The notes: generated by a model from the letters alone, not told the origin. Counted from the first letter of the stretch, positions 36,284 through 48,661 are shown. The stretch: 64,000 bases of DNA from Azolla caroliniana (GCA_043228905.1 JBHGNT010000002.1:24800001-24864000); one strand, 5' to 3'. Numbers and translations are program-made.

Positions 36284-39200
36284 GTTGGTACCACGGGAGA
36301 GGGTACGGAGCAAAACGCCCTCTCAGCATGCGGAAAAGGACGACCCGGGACAGGGTCAGGGAGACAAATCGGACGCCCAAGGAGGATCCTTCACACCGGT
36401 TCTAGAGACTTCGGCAGTCGGCAACGCGGATGACGTAAGACCAAGATACTGACGGTGGCGGCGGGGTGACGAAGGGAAAAAGGGCTACGGATGGGCGGTC
36501 TACGGAGATCCTCACACCGACCCGGCGGTCGGCCCGAGAGCCGGCGTGAGTCCTATAGGGAAGATCGGTGGCGGCAGGAGAACGTGGTAGGACGGCAGGA
36601 GGCGACGAACGGCAAGGAGGTATCAGGTCGGCGAGGCGGCCACGAACCAAATCGGACCTTCCGGCAAGGTCGGTGGGCGTAAGGAAGTTCGGTCCTACGG
36701 GATCCCCACACTTAACCAGAGACTCCGGCAGTTCGGCCAACGTGGCAACATGAGACCGAGAGAGAAAGTTGGTGGCGGCAAGAAACGGGACCCGACTACG
36801 CGGAAGACACGAGGAGAGTAGGGAGGGACTCAAACAAAAGACACCCGAGTTTCGGCAAGCATAGAAACGGAGTCCGGTCCTATGGGACCCTCACACCGAT
36901 CCGGAGACTCCGGCAGTTCGGCCAACGTGGCAACGTGAGACCTAGGGAGAAGGACAGTGGTGGCAGGGAACGGGACCCGACGACACGAGGTTTCGAAAGG
37001 AGCCGGTAGGGGCAAACACGGGGAGGTGTGTCAGGCCGGAAAGGCACACTCGGGACGGAATAAGAGTCTCGCAAGTGGCCATCGCGGGCCGGATCAAAGC
37101 GTGACTACGGGACCGTGTTCGGCATGGGCGGTGCCAACTGAAGGGAGCGAAAGACGGCGCAAGGGAGGTGCCGAGAACGAGGTGACAAGTGCCTAGTGGA
37201 CTGCACAGGGTCGGAGTCAGGGGATGGCAAGAGAGGCCAGAGGAGGATCCTCCACACTCGCTTCGTAGATCTCGGTAGCTCCGTCGAAGCAGCGAAGATT
37301 GACACGGCAAGCCGGGATGACAAGCTGGTGGGGGCGAGGGGACGATGGCAAGCGGAAGACTCAAGACCTGTTCTAGCAGCACGAAGACGGGAAGGGCCAA
37401 GCGGGCTACTACGGGGTGTTCCTCAGATGCGGAGAACACTAGTACGCGGGTGAGCGGCGATGCACGATCTAGCCGGGAAAGAGGCCGACAAGGCGTGAAA
37501 TGAACCGGAGTATGGCATAGGCGGTGCCAAACAACGGATGAGCGTATGTGGCGCACGGAGGTGCTGGAGTGGGAAGGCGAGCGCGGAGACAGTTTGCGCG
37601 GTTCGGAGGTAGCGCGAAGAAGGCCAGAAAGGGATCCTCCACGCCATTCCGGAGACCATGGCGGTTCGAGCCGGCACGGCAATGTAAGACCATGGAGAAG
37701 GAAGGTGGCGGCGAGAGGATGAGGGCAACGTGAAACAACATGGGACGGCAATCAAGACGACGCGAATGACCAACGGAGGCCAAGCGGGCCGCTACGGGCG
37801 TTCCCCAAGCGGAGGACATCGGGCATACGGTGGGGAGCGGGGCGTTCATACGGCCGAACAAGGGCCAACGGAAGTACGCGTACTACGGAGATCGCGGCAG
37901 AGGACCCATCGATGGGTCGAACAAGCCTACAGGGAGGTGAGCGCGAAGGAAGAACCGAAGTCGACAGATCAAACCGGCTTACCGAAACTGGGATGCGGAT
38001 TACGTAAGACCGGTTTCTCACCGGCCGAAATCTCTCACCCTTCAACCAAATTTGGCACATACCGGTGGACGTGCAATTAGGTGGGGGCGGATGTTGTGAA
38101 GAATTTCGGCCAGAGGCGGAAACCGGGAAACATTGTGTACATCGATATGTGTGCTCACCCGTGTACATTTAGTGTGAATAACAAGGGCGCCTTTATGGCG
38201 CCGAAGAGTAGTCAAGTCAGGACAGACGATCCCATGTAAGTCGGGATTTATCCCACATTGTCACGCATCCCTCTCTTTGTTCTATAAAAGGAAGGGAGCG
38301 CCCTTTGTGAAAGGGTTGCCCATTTTGCGTTAGAGGGTATACTGTTAGATTTAGGGTTAGTTACATTTCTTCTTCTTCTTCTTCTTCTTCTTCTTCTTCT
38401 TCGTCTTTTCCCCCTTCGTGTTTTGCTTAGGGTTTGCTTCGGCTCGGCCTCCTGTGCAAGACCCCGCTCGGCGCGACGAGCCGAGAGCTCCCCGACGGCG
38501 GCTTGACAGCAGACAACTGTTGTAACCTACCTTGGTCCGGCTCGAAGCCGGGAATGTATTCTTCCTTTTATATATATATACATTTGCGCCTATCTGTGTA
38601 TATTCGCGTCTCTGTTGGTGTCGGGTGCTTCCCCCTTTCCTGTGTTTCCTGTACATAAGGGCGTGAGTCGGGTCAGCATGTGTGTGTGTGTGCGTGCGTG
38701 AGTCGGTGTTCAGCGCGCGCTCCCTCTCTTTCTCTCTCTCTCTCTTCGGTTGCCTTCGGTGTGCTTCTGGGATGCCCCGGAAACGGTGAAGTACGACTTC
38801 CTACGCTCTGTCACTCCCTAGTCCAAGACCCCCGTGGTCCCGCCTTTCTCCATGCACGCGCGTAACAACGCGACAACGGATCACTTCGATCCCGAGGAAG
38901 TAATGAAGGTCTCCCAGATCCTTCATGTCGAACGATGCCGCAAGTTGAAGCTTCACGCAACTGATTTCACCTAGGTCGGCGTCGGTGATGACCAAGTCAT
39001 CAACATATAGTAGAATACTAACCGGTCCGAGTCGACCTTTTTGGATGAACAGGGAAGAGTCCGATTTTGAGGTGACGAAGCCCATCCGACGCAGTTGTTG
39101 CGTGATCTTCGCGTTCCAGGCACGCGGGGCTTGCTTCAGTCCGTAAAGGGACTTCTTCAGTCGGCATACTGCCGAGGAGTTCGTTCCGAAGTGAAATCCG

Positions 39201-42200
39201 GGGGGTTGTACCATGTACACCTGTTCCTCAAGGTCACCTTCCAGGAACGCATTCTTTACATCCATCTGATGTAAGTGCCACCCCTTGGCCGCGGCTACTG
39301 CGAGCAGAACACGGACGGTCGTCATCTTCGCGATCGGCGCAAATGTCTCATCGTAGTCGATGCCGTGTTTCTACGCGTAGCCCTTTGCCACTAGCCGAGC
39401 CTTGTACCGGTTGACCGAGCCATCGGTGTTGCACTTGACTTTGTACACCCACCTACACCCGATCGGTTTTACCCCTGTTGGTGCGTCAACCAAGTCCCAG
39501 GTCTCGTTCTCCGCTAATGTGTGCATCTCTTCCTCCATCGCGGCACGCCAATTCACGTCTTTAGCCGCTTCTGCGTAGCTCTCCGGCTCACGCACTTCCA
39601 CTACACAAGTCATGTACGCATAATGATGCGCCATGTACTCATTGTATCCGAACCGCAAAACAGGATTCTTCTGGCGGGTAGATCGGCGTAATCTCATATT
39701 AGCCGATGTTGAGGCCTTCTCGGTCGACACGGGCTTCACTTTTAAAGACCCGTCACCGATTCCCTCAGAGTCGGACTCGCGTCGGTTCGACTCGTTCCTT
39801 TCCGTGCCGGAATCCGACACCTTCTTCTTCCCTTTCTCTTTGCGCGTAAGCCGTCTCCTCGGCTTCCTACGCGGGGAGTGCACGGCCGAGTCTTCACTAC
39901 TCGCCGGCTCTTCATCAGACTGGTCGTACCGACTCAGCCGTCCAATCGGTCCACTTAACCGGAGTGAAATCGGACTCTCTTCGTGGGTCTCGATTTCGGG
40001 CTCATTCGGAGACATCTCGGCCTCGCTGACCTCATCGTCAGAACTCGGATTGGAGTCGGGGTTCGGAGTCGGGGGCAGGTACCAGGACGCGGACTCGTCA
40101 AACACAACGTCGCGGCTGACACGCGCTTGTTTGGTGCGAGGGTTATAGCACTTATAACCCTTCTGCTCGTCCGAGTAACCGACCAGGATGCATTTCTCGG
40201 CCTTTGCATCCAGCTTCCTCCTTTTCTCCTTCGGTACATGCACATACGCGATGCTACCGAACACCCTCAAGTGTCGCAAGTTCGGCTTCGTTCCGAAATA
40301 TAGCTCGTGCGCCGACACTTTGTCTCCGATCCGGTTCTAGATGTATACCGCGGTCCTTACCGCCTCGGCCCAATAGAACTTGGGCAAGCTCTTCTCCTCC
40401 AGCATTGCTCGTGCCGCTTCCACAACTGACCGATTCTTCCTCTCGGCCACGTCGTTCTGCTCCGGCGTATATCTACAACTGAATTCGCGCCGAATTCCCA
40501 TTTGTTGTAGATAACCGTTGAATTGACCGGAAAAGTACTCTTTCCCGCCATCCGATCGCAGGCACTTGATCTTTCATCCCGTTTCCTTTTCCACGAACCC
40601 TTTGAGGTCCCGGAAGCAGTCGAAGACTTCGTTCTTCCTCTCAATGAGTTAGATCCACGTGTGCCGCGTGTGGTCGTCGATGAAGGAGACGAAATATCGG
40701 CTCCCGCCAAGGCTAACGTTTTGTGCCGGCCCCCATACATCGGAGTGTATAAGGTCGAGCTTGTTCCGGCTCCGGTTTCGCTCGTTGGGGAAGGGAAATC
40801 GGTGTTGCTTCCCGAGCTGGCAGGCTTCACAAATTTGTGCCTTTCGGCCACTAAATTTGGGCAATCCGAACACTACCTGTTTCGATTGCAGATCTTGAAG
40901 CCGCTGGTAGTTGACGTGGCCTATCCGCTTGTGCCACAAGTCGATGTCCGACTCGGCTTTTTGTCCCTTCGCGAACATTGCGGTGCCGCCGTCAGTGGAA
41001 TCGAGGATGAACATCCTCCCGTCTCTGCGCCCTTGCGCAATCACACGGCCTTCTTCCTCAATGAAGCACCCGAGGTGTGTAAACCGAACCTCCATCCCTT
41101 GGTCGACGATCTGTCCGACCGAGACCAAGTTTTTCGTGATTGTCGGAACGTGCAGCACGTTCATGAGTTTCCCTTTCTGCCCGACATGGCTAAGGGGAAC
41201 TTCTCTGACATTCGCGATCGGATGCGGAGTGTCGTCTCCAGTTGCGACTACTCCAGGTTGTATCGGTTTTTCAAGGTACGAGAACCACTCCTTATGGCTC
41301 GTCATGTGGTTTGACACGCCGGAGTCTACGTACCACACCTCGTCCGATCTCGGGGTGCTCTGTTTCATTGAGTTTGCTTCGTGCCTCGTCACGAAGGCAG
41401 ACCCTTCTCTGTCTCTCCCGAAGTCTTCGGCGTAGTGCGATCGCTACCGATTTCCCTTGTCGGTATGTCCGGAGCCGTTTTCGGAACCGGTTCTCTCCAA
41501 ATCGGCGCGCTTCTTCCAGCACTCACTTTCCCTGTGGCCTTTCTTGCCACAGTACCAGCACTCCGCGATGACCTTCCCTCGCCGGTTCTCATCGCTTCGA
41601 CTCCCCCTGTTTCCGGAGGGTCCAGAGTTGCTGTCGGCATCACCTCGGTGCCTTCTTTCTTAATCTCGTCGGCCGCCTCCATTGCGTGCCGACTCGCCTC
41701 GTCCTCCATGTCCACGGGGCCTATCTCCCTCCATGTATAGCATTCTGTTGTCAGTGTGCGTGCTTGTAGACGCACCCGCGTGGTTCTCCTCTACCAGGAG
41801 CATCGACTGTAAGTCGAAAAAGGACAGCGTATTCTCCCGGGTACACATAGCCGTTCGGAACGCTCCGAAATTCGACGCCAAACCTCCGAGACAGATCTGG
41901 ACCATCTCGCTCTCCTCGATGTTCACCTCTATGGAGGCGAGGGAGTCGCAAATATCCTTGATCTTCGAGGTATAGTCCGCCACTGACAAGTCGCGTTGTC
42001 GTAGGTTGCTCAACTCCTGTCGGAGCTAAAGCTTCCTGGCTGTGGTGCTCGCGGCGAAGATTTTGTTCAGATTTTCCCACGCACCCTTCGACGTCTTTGC
42101 ATCCCGAACATAGCTCAATAGTTGTTCGCCCACACACAATGCGAAGCAGTATAATACCTTGCTCGCCGATTGCTCCCACGACGGAAAGTCTCTGTGTGTC

Positions 42201-42846
42201 GATTCAGGTGTCGCGTCATTAGCTCCTTCGACATAACTCTAGTAGCCGTGCTCGAGCAGGTACTGGTGCATCTTGTAGGACCAAGACGCGTTGTTGGTTC
42301 TGTCGAGCTTCTCTGTTGGAAGCGAGCTCACCATGCCTCTATCCATCATTCTTCTTGTTCTTCTTCGTCAAGCTGTGTCAGCTGCAGAGAGGTTCTCAAC
42401 CCTCGCGCTCTGATACCATGTGAAAAGTAGCGTACGGAAGCAAGTACAAAGACAGAACAGAAGGGAGAACACTCAGGTTTAATGGAGAGCTTAAGCTTAC
42501 ACAGTATACGCAGGGGAGACCGAGAGAGACACCAAAAAAGAGAATAATGATTAACAGACAAAAAAGAACCAAACATATATGTGTTCAATGAACACTTTGT
42601 ACGAGCCCTAGAAGGACTGACTGGAGTACTGACAGTACTTCAATGCTCATTAAGAGCTCCTACACTAACTCCCAAATATATTCCTCACGGAATATCTTTC
42701 CTAACGGCCTAACCGATCGGTCCCATCCGATCCGGTCCTCGGCTTCTTCAGCCGATCCGGCCGCTGTTGAGCTTGTCTCTCAACATGATGTAAGGTTGAA
42801 TACGATCACCAAAAATGAAGCATTATTACATAGTATGCTTGGAATT

Positions 42847-43200
42847 GAGTAGTGATTCTCAATGTTCAAGAAATTTACCAGTAAATGTTGTTCATGAGAA
42901 TCCACATAGTGATTGTTCAAGGATTGTGTGTGGGGAATGGACTAGATTGACAATGTGTGGAAAGAAAATTCGAATGTGGCTTAAATGCAACACATTGTAT
43001 CAAAGTGTGATACTTTAATGTCCGAACCTATTCAAGGAAAAATATTATTAACGAGCAAGTCTCCACACCTCTCTTTTAATATTCCTCTCACATCAAAGAG
43101 AATATGACCTAAATCATACTGAAGCAATGGTGTAGATGGTGGACAAAGAGATGGGCTCTAAGATGTATTAGTGTGGTTTCCCGATTTACATTGTATGTTT
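42847..43200. repeat. Old dispersed repeat, homologous to 60607-60980
   Basis: Shared collinear blocks CTCAATGTTCAAGAA, AATGTGTGGAAA, GTATCAAA.TGTGATA, GGAAAAATAT and GTGTGGTTTCCC. Confidence 0.65.
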
Positions 43201-43301
43201 TTCAAAGCGATTTGAGATATCCTCTCGAATAGGTAGTTGCATAAGATAACTATTTTATCAATGCTTCCAGTCATCTTCTTTTACAAAACTAATCACAAAT
43301 T

Positions 43302-43921
43302 GTGTAGAGTGTCCAACTATATTAGAATCCACACGACATGCTCTATGGGACTGCCCAGAGTCCCATCGAATATGGCAGGGGGTTGGCTACTTATTGCAAT
43401 TATGCCAGGTGCAAGGCTCAATCAAGTGGGGGAATGTATGTTGGCTATCATGGCAGACCCCAATTGACAGCTATGAGCATCAGGAAGAGGGGATGACTTT
43501 GGTTATAAAAGCACAAGAGATTTTTTTCTCCACCATCGGCAATATCCACTCAACTCCTATTAGTGTCAAATCTCAAGTTCTGTTGGACTTGGTCATCTCA
43601 ATAACTCTTAGGATTCTGTGTAAACAACGGTGTAGACATGTCTTTTCCAACCAAAGCGCGCAACCAATAATGTTAATGCAAGAGATATGGAGTGAAGCTG
43701 TAGCCACTCTAATGAGCCAATATGATGGCCTCAAGGGCGACTCCGATAGAGTTGAAAGACAACGACTGGCCTTTATCCAGCAATGGTTGTCCTCTCCTTT
43801 TCTTGAGGCAGTGGGCGTCCACATAAGATGGACCTATCGTGTCCCTATAGGGATTTGTATATAATAATCTCATATGTAAAATCTTTATAACTAATGGAAG
43901 GAGTTTTTTTTTGGGAAAAAA
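43302..43921 (+). mobile_element. 5'-truncated L1-like LINE fragment with poly(A) and 17-bp TSD
   Basis: zf-RVT-like ECPTILESTRHALWDCPESHRIW and LCKQRCRHVF motifs, then an A-tail. AAAACTAATCACAAATT at 43285-43301 and 43922-43938. Confidence 0.85.
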
Positions 43922-44261
43922 AAAACTAATCACAAATTAGATAATATGTATACTATATCATAAACTCTACAAATGTTTTTTATAATAACACTTCACACCA
44001 AACAAATACCACAAACAAGTGCAACAGATAAAAAAGAAATGATCACCACAAAATTTTCCGTTGGTCAAATATTTCACAAATACCAAAGTTTCGAGCATAA
44101 TTGCCACATTGCTAGAAATTCCAGCTCATTTTTTCTACCATCTCCCACATATTCCTCCATAAATACTATAAATTTTGCAATAAAATGAATGTTAAAATTT
44201 TCTACATAATTGTAAAATTGCCCAAATTTCAGACCCTTATCGAAAGTGCCAAATTTTCTAA

Positions 44262-44408
44262 TACATTTACAATTCTAGCACAAGTTTTTACACTTGCCTA
44301 TTGGCAATATTATTAATATTCTTAAAGTATTTTCTAATATATTTACAATTCTAGCAAAAGTTTTTGCACTTGCTTATGGGCAATATTTCTAACATTCTTA
44401 AAGTATTT
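44262..44408. repeat. Tandem duplication, ~77-bp unit x2
   Basis: ATTTACAATTCTAGCA.AAGTTTTT.CACTTGC...ATTCTTAAAGTATTT occurs twice. Confidence 0.8.
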
Positions 44409-45024
44409 GGTACATATTGGAATTTCTTACACTTACGAGAAAAAAACGTGCCAAAATCTTCAACCCAAAACTGCTGAAGTTTTTGGCACTCAACTAATTT
44501 TGTTGGAAGTCACATCATTCATGGTTTTTCTTTCTTTTTTTATCCAAAAAATAGTTTTTCTTTTCTACTGGTACGTTCAACATTGTTGTAGAAATGCATG
44601 ATTTCCTGGGTTTGACATTAGTTTCCACTATTTTGTCAAGTTTCCACTACTTTGTTGTATAATACTGAGACACTCTTTACTAGTGACAATATGCAAATCA
44701 TCATTTTGCATCTTGGTCTGCCCAATGTGAACCTTTTGGTTGATTAAAAAAAACACGTGTGGATGATTATGAAGGTACATGGAATAGACCACTATAATGT
44801 TTTCGTGTAGAGATCGGCGAAGCTTATGGTTACATACTTATATACATTAGATTCCACTAAGTCTTGCACAACGCAACATCGCCACACTTAGTCCGGTGTG
44901 GTAACTACCTTTTGGTCGATTGAGAAAAATCGCATGCATACGATTGCAACAGCCAAATGGACAGGCCAGGGAAATGTTTGTTTTGGAGATCGAAGAAAGC
45001 ATACGGGGGGTGACTTGCATACAC

Positions 45025-45055
<31 letters not shown>

Positions 45056-45532
45056 TGTATGTATGCACATTAGGTTCCACGTAAAGTAAGTTTTGTATGG
45101 TGACTATTGATTCAGGAGGAACACACACTGATCAAATGGGAAGCGAGGCACATGAAGGATCGGGCAATATGCATTGATCAAAGCCATAGGCCACAACAAT
45201 AGGATACGAGACGCGGTGAGCGAGCGAGCAACCAACGAGAGGAGAGTGATTTTGCATGGGGTTGTTATGTTAACACATATAGCAGAGTGGAATTCCATGG
45301 GGGGTGATGATGGGAGGGACAAAGAGCCCCCCCCCCCCCCCCCCCCCACATAGTGTGAAACGAATAATTTACCTCACCGACCTCTCTCTGTCTCCCATGC
45401 GGTGATTCTTCCAACCTTCAAATAGTGCTCTGTTCCTGAGCTCTTTCTCTTACTTCTCTCCGCAAATACATACTACTACTACTATTTCTACTATTACTAC
45501 TCTGTTCTCTCTACTTTCTTCTAGTTCTAGCT

Positions 45533-48500
45533 ATGGCGCTCTCTGTGCATACCTTCTTCGATCACCCCTTCCTATGCCTTCTCTTGCTTCCCCTCTTCTT
45601 CCCTTTGTTTCTCTTCTGTCTGCCTCTCCTCCTCTTCCTGCTGCTGCCCACCACCTTCTTCCTCCTCCCTCCCTTCCTCCTCTTCAAGTTCGGTTCGTCG
45701 CTCCTCAACAAAATCTCGATATCAGGTACGCATGTCCTTGATCATGATTATCATTCTATCGTTAATCTACCGCCCATCCTGATCCTTGGACATGATCATG
45801 ATCTTGATGCTGGTTTAGGTCTGAATCGAGCCATTTTAATCAAACCGATAGTAAAATCAGATCCTTCTTTATTGATGCCACTGCTCGACGGGGATGTGGA
45901 GGGGTATGAAGAAGCCTCGGAAATCTTCTCTAAAGATGAAGAAGGAGATGAGGAGGGATATAAAGTGATTTCCGAACCTTCTGATGAAGGAAGATTAGAA
46001 ACCCAATTAGATGTGGATGTTTCTGACAATGGGTTATCAAAGAATCTGCAAGAAAACCTACAACTGGCACCAGATCCTACATTCATGATGCACCAACCCC
46101 ATACGATCATGGGGGGAGCATATGTAGTTTCTGAACCATCTGAAGAAAAAGGATTAGATGTGAATGTTTATGATAATGGATTGTCAAATAATCTCTTACA
46201 CGTGGATGTTTATAATAATGGATTGTTAAAGAACCCGCAAGAAAACCCGCAAATAGTACCAGAGCCTGCATATAATAATGGATTGTCAAATAATCTGTTA
46301 GAAGTGGATGTTATTAATAATAGATTATTAAAGAATATGCAAGAAAACCCGGAAATAGTACCAAAGCCTGCATATAATAATGGATTGTCAAATAATCTGT
46401 TAGATGTTGATGTTTGTAATAATGGATTGTTAAAGAATCTGCAAGAAAACCCGCAAATAGTACCTGAGCCTGCATTCATGCAACAACCCCTTACTAATGT
46501 TGGTGAAGCATATGTAGTTTCTGAGTCATCTCCAGTCGAGACAGGAGCAAATGATGCAGCGGTTCATGCAGGACAAAAGGATGGTGTTGATTTCTCTGAG
46601 GAAATAAGAAGTGACGGTCATTTAGATCTCAATAATGAGGTAACTGATGGACGAAACGATGCATGCCAAAAAGATGAGGGTGATTTGTCTGAGGGAATAG
46701 AAAGAGACTATCATCTAGATCTCAGTAAGGTAACTGGTGAACAAAATACTGTTAATGGGGTGAGGATGGAAGAAGAGAAGGATGGCTATGTCCCATCTCC
46801 GCCCATACAAAGGGAAGGGTTTGTGTCTGTAGGTGAATCATCTCATGTTGAGAAGGTGGATGGAGAAGAGGAAGAAGAGAAGGATGTCTATGTCCCTTCT
46901 CCACCTATACAAGGGGAAGGGTTCGTGTTTGCAGGTGATCAATCACCTCATGTCTTTGACAACATGAAGAAGGAAGAATCGATGGATGATGGTGGGGCCT
47001 TTTGTGAAGGAAATGCGAAAGATGATGAGTCTACTTTTCTTCAACTCTCCAATGAAGTATTTAATGAGGAATTAATCAAGAAAGGGACATTAGGTGAGGA
47101 GCCTAGTGCCCAAGATCAAGCAATGTATAGTTACTGTGGTCGTAATAATGATCATCGTGTTAAGGGAGATGAGCATGAATCAAGACCATTCTCCACAATT
47201 GATGGTCATGGAGAGGTTCTTCTTGCAAATGGGCATGGTGAGTCAGCACCTGATCATGAGGCAGCCATGGATGAGAATGGAAAGACAGAAATCACCAATG
47301 AGCATAAATCAATGAATGAGCGTGAATCAGCACATGATCGAGAAGCATCGATCACAAGCAATGATGATGAGATTAATATTGTTGGAGATGGAAATGGAGA
47401 TGGAAATGGAGATGGAGATCACCATCATGAAGAAGGATTTACCTCCTCTGATGTCAAGGAGCCACCCATTAATATAAAGGGGCTTAAGTCTGAACCTCAT
47501 GGAGAAGAATCCACAAGCGAAGAAGAGAAGAAGAAGAAACCTGTTAATGCTGAGTCGGCTTCTTGTGAAGAAGCATTCATGACTGATGATGAAGTAAAGA
47601 AGCATACACCCCATTTAGGGAATGGAAATTCTAGCATTCCCAGTGCCATAGATGTACAGGAAGTAGTCCAGTGTCCTGTAAGTGAAGATTTATCCAGTGA
47701 TATATCGGGAACTCGACAAGTGATTATAGATACTAAACAAAAACCCAAGGATACAAAAGCTCTAAATGAAGCTGTAAATGGAGGACAGGAAGGTTTGGGG
47801 TCATTAATAATCGAGGGTTTACCAGTTTTGGAGGAGAATAATATTGCATTACCAGTTTCACATAGTAATCCGGCCCAAGGAGTTATACCAGCTGATGACA
47901 CTGGTGAACAACAACATTTGGAAGAGCCATACAAGGATGGTAACACTGAACCTGTGGAGGAGCCACAGAAAGCTTTAGATGGAAAGCCAGAGGGCTGGGG
48001 ATTATTAAACTTGAAATGTTTATCTGCCAAAAATGATCCAAGATTGAACCCAACCCCTAAACAAGGGATCGAAGAAGATCCCCATCGAGAAGTCGTGAAT
48101 TCACAAAAATGTGCAGATATAGAGGTACGTTTTAGGTATATGTGGACATAAGATTTTATGTTTAAAAAAATCTCAGTAGCTGAACGTATGTTAATAGTCA
48201 TCTAAACATTAATGTTTACTTGTGAAAGTGATCTGAGCAAAAATTTCCAAATGTTTGAAGTTGAAGTACAATCAATGCATGCATTAGGACCTATAATAAC
48301 AATGAAACCTTCGGAAAACAATAACTTGGAAAACTATAACTAAGAAACCTTCGAAAAAACGTGAATGCATTAGGGCTTTGTGTGAATGCATTAATAATTA
48401 TCCCTTTCTGACAAAAGTGAGTTTCCATCCATGTAGTCCTCCTTAAAGCAACAAGGAGAGCATGTTATTTTAGATGACATCAAGGCAATAAGAAAGATCT

Positions 48501-48661
48501 TAGGGTGTGATGGCAATCCGAATGCACATGTGTCCGACCAGATCCAAGAGCTCTATGCATTTTTGGGTATGGAGCCATTGTCTTGGATTGCAGAGGTTAA
48601 TGATCTGGAAAGGGCAAGAGGGGAATTGGATGTTTTGAAGGCTGTGGTTGGAGTGAAATGA
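45533..48661 (+). CDS. SLDP-like (seed lipid droplet protein family) gene, join(45533..48124,48437..48661), ~938 aa
   Basis: Hydrophobic Pro-rich N-terminus and long acidic repeat-containing middle. A phase-0 GT-AG intron at 48125-48436 leads to a terminal exon ...IKAIRKILG...IQELYAFLGMEP...DLERARGELDVLKAVVGVK*, which resembles the SLDP1/2 C-terminal motif as I recall it. Confidence 0.68.
46000..46940 (+). repeat. Intragenic coding repeats (~120-bp NNGLSNNLL.VDV.NNGLLKN.QENP.IVPEPA x3 plus partial; EEEKD.YVPSPPIQ.EGFV x2)
   Basis: Visible in both DNA and translation. Confidence 0.9.

Larger units (their letters stand above)
30600..36990 (+). repeat. G4 internal repeat units (CCGGTCCTAC.GGATCCCCACAC...CGGCAGTTCGGCCAACGTGGCAACGTGAGACC)
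   Basis: Copies at ~30602, ~30722, ~36688 and ~36872, separated by the later copia I insertion. A second motif, GGTACCACGGGAGAGGG...AAAACGCCCTCTCA, occurs at ~29681 and ~36287. Confidence 0.75.
27997..38875 (+). mobile_element. Non-autonomous gypsy element G4 (LTRs 27997-28807 and 38092-38875; 4-bp TSD ACGG)
   Basis: ACGG at 27993-27996 and 38876-38879; removing the element and one copy restores the host RT. It has a PBS, a gag-like ORF, and the same PPT (TTAGGTGGGGGCGGA) as G1. No RT, RH or IN ORF was found. Confidence 0.92.
26267..42785 (-). mobile_element. Full-length Ty1/copia element H (367-bp LTRs 26267-26633 and 42419-42785; TSD TGATG), interrupted by G4
   Basis: TGATG at 26262-26266 and 42786-42790. 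PBS TGGTATCAGAGC at 42407-42418 and PPT next to 26633. Disrupted gag-PR-IN-RT at ~42349-38880 resumes EVIR|TPEGILIS at 27992 and runs to 26814. Confidence 0.95.

Noticed and set aside
29117-38168. Many overlapping ORFs in the G4 interior and antisense to copia pol
   Set aside because: These are expected from GC-rich, stop-poor sequence and have no recognisable domains.
47497-48201. 234-aa minus-strand ORF
   Set aside because: It is the antisense shadow of the SLDP-like coding exon.
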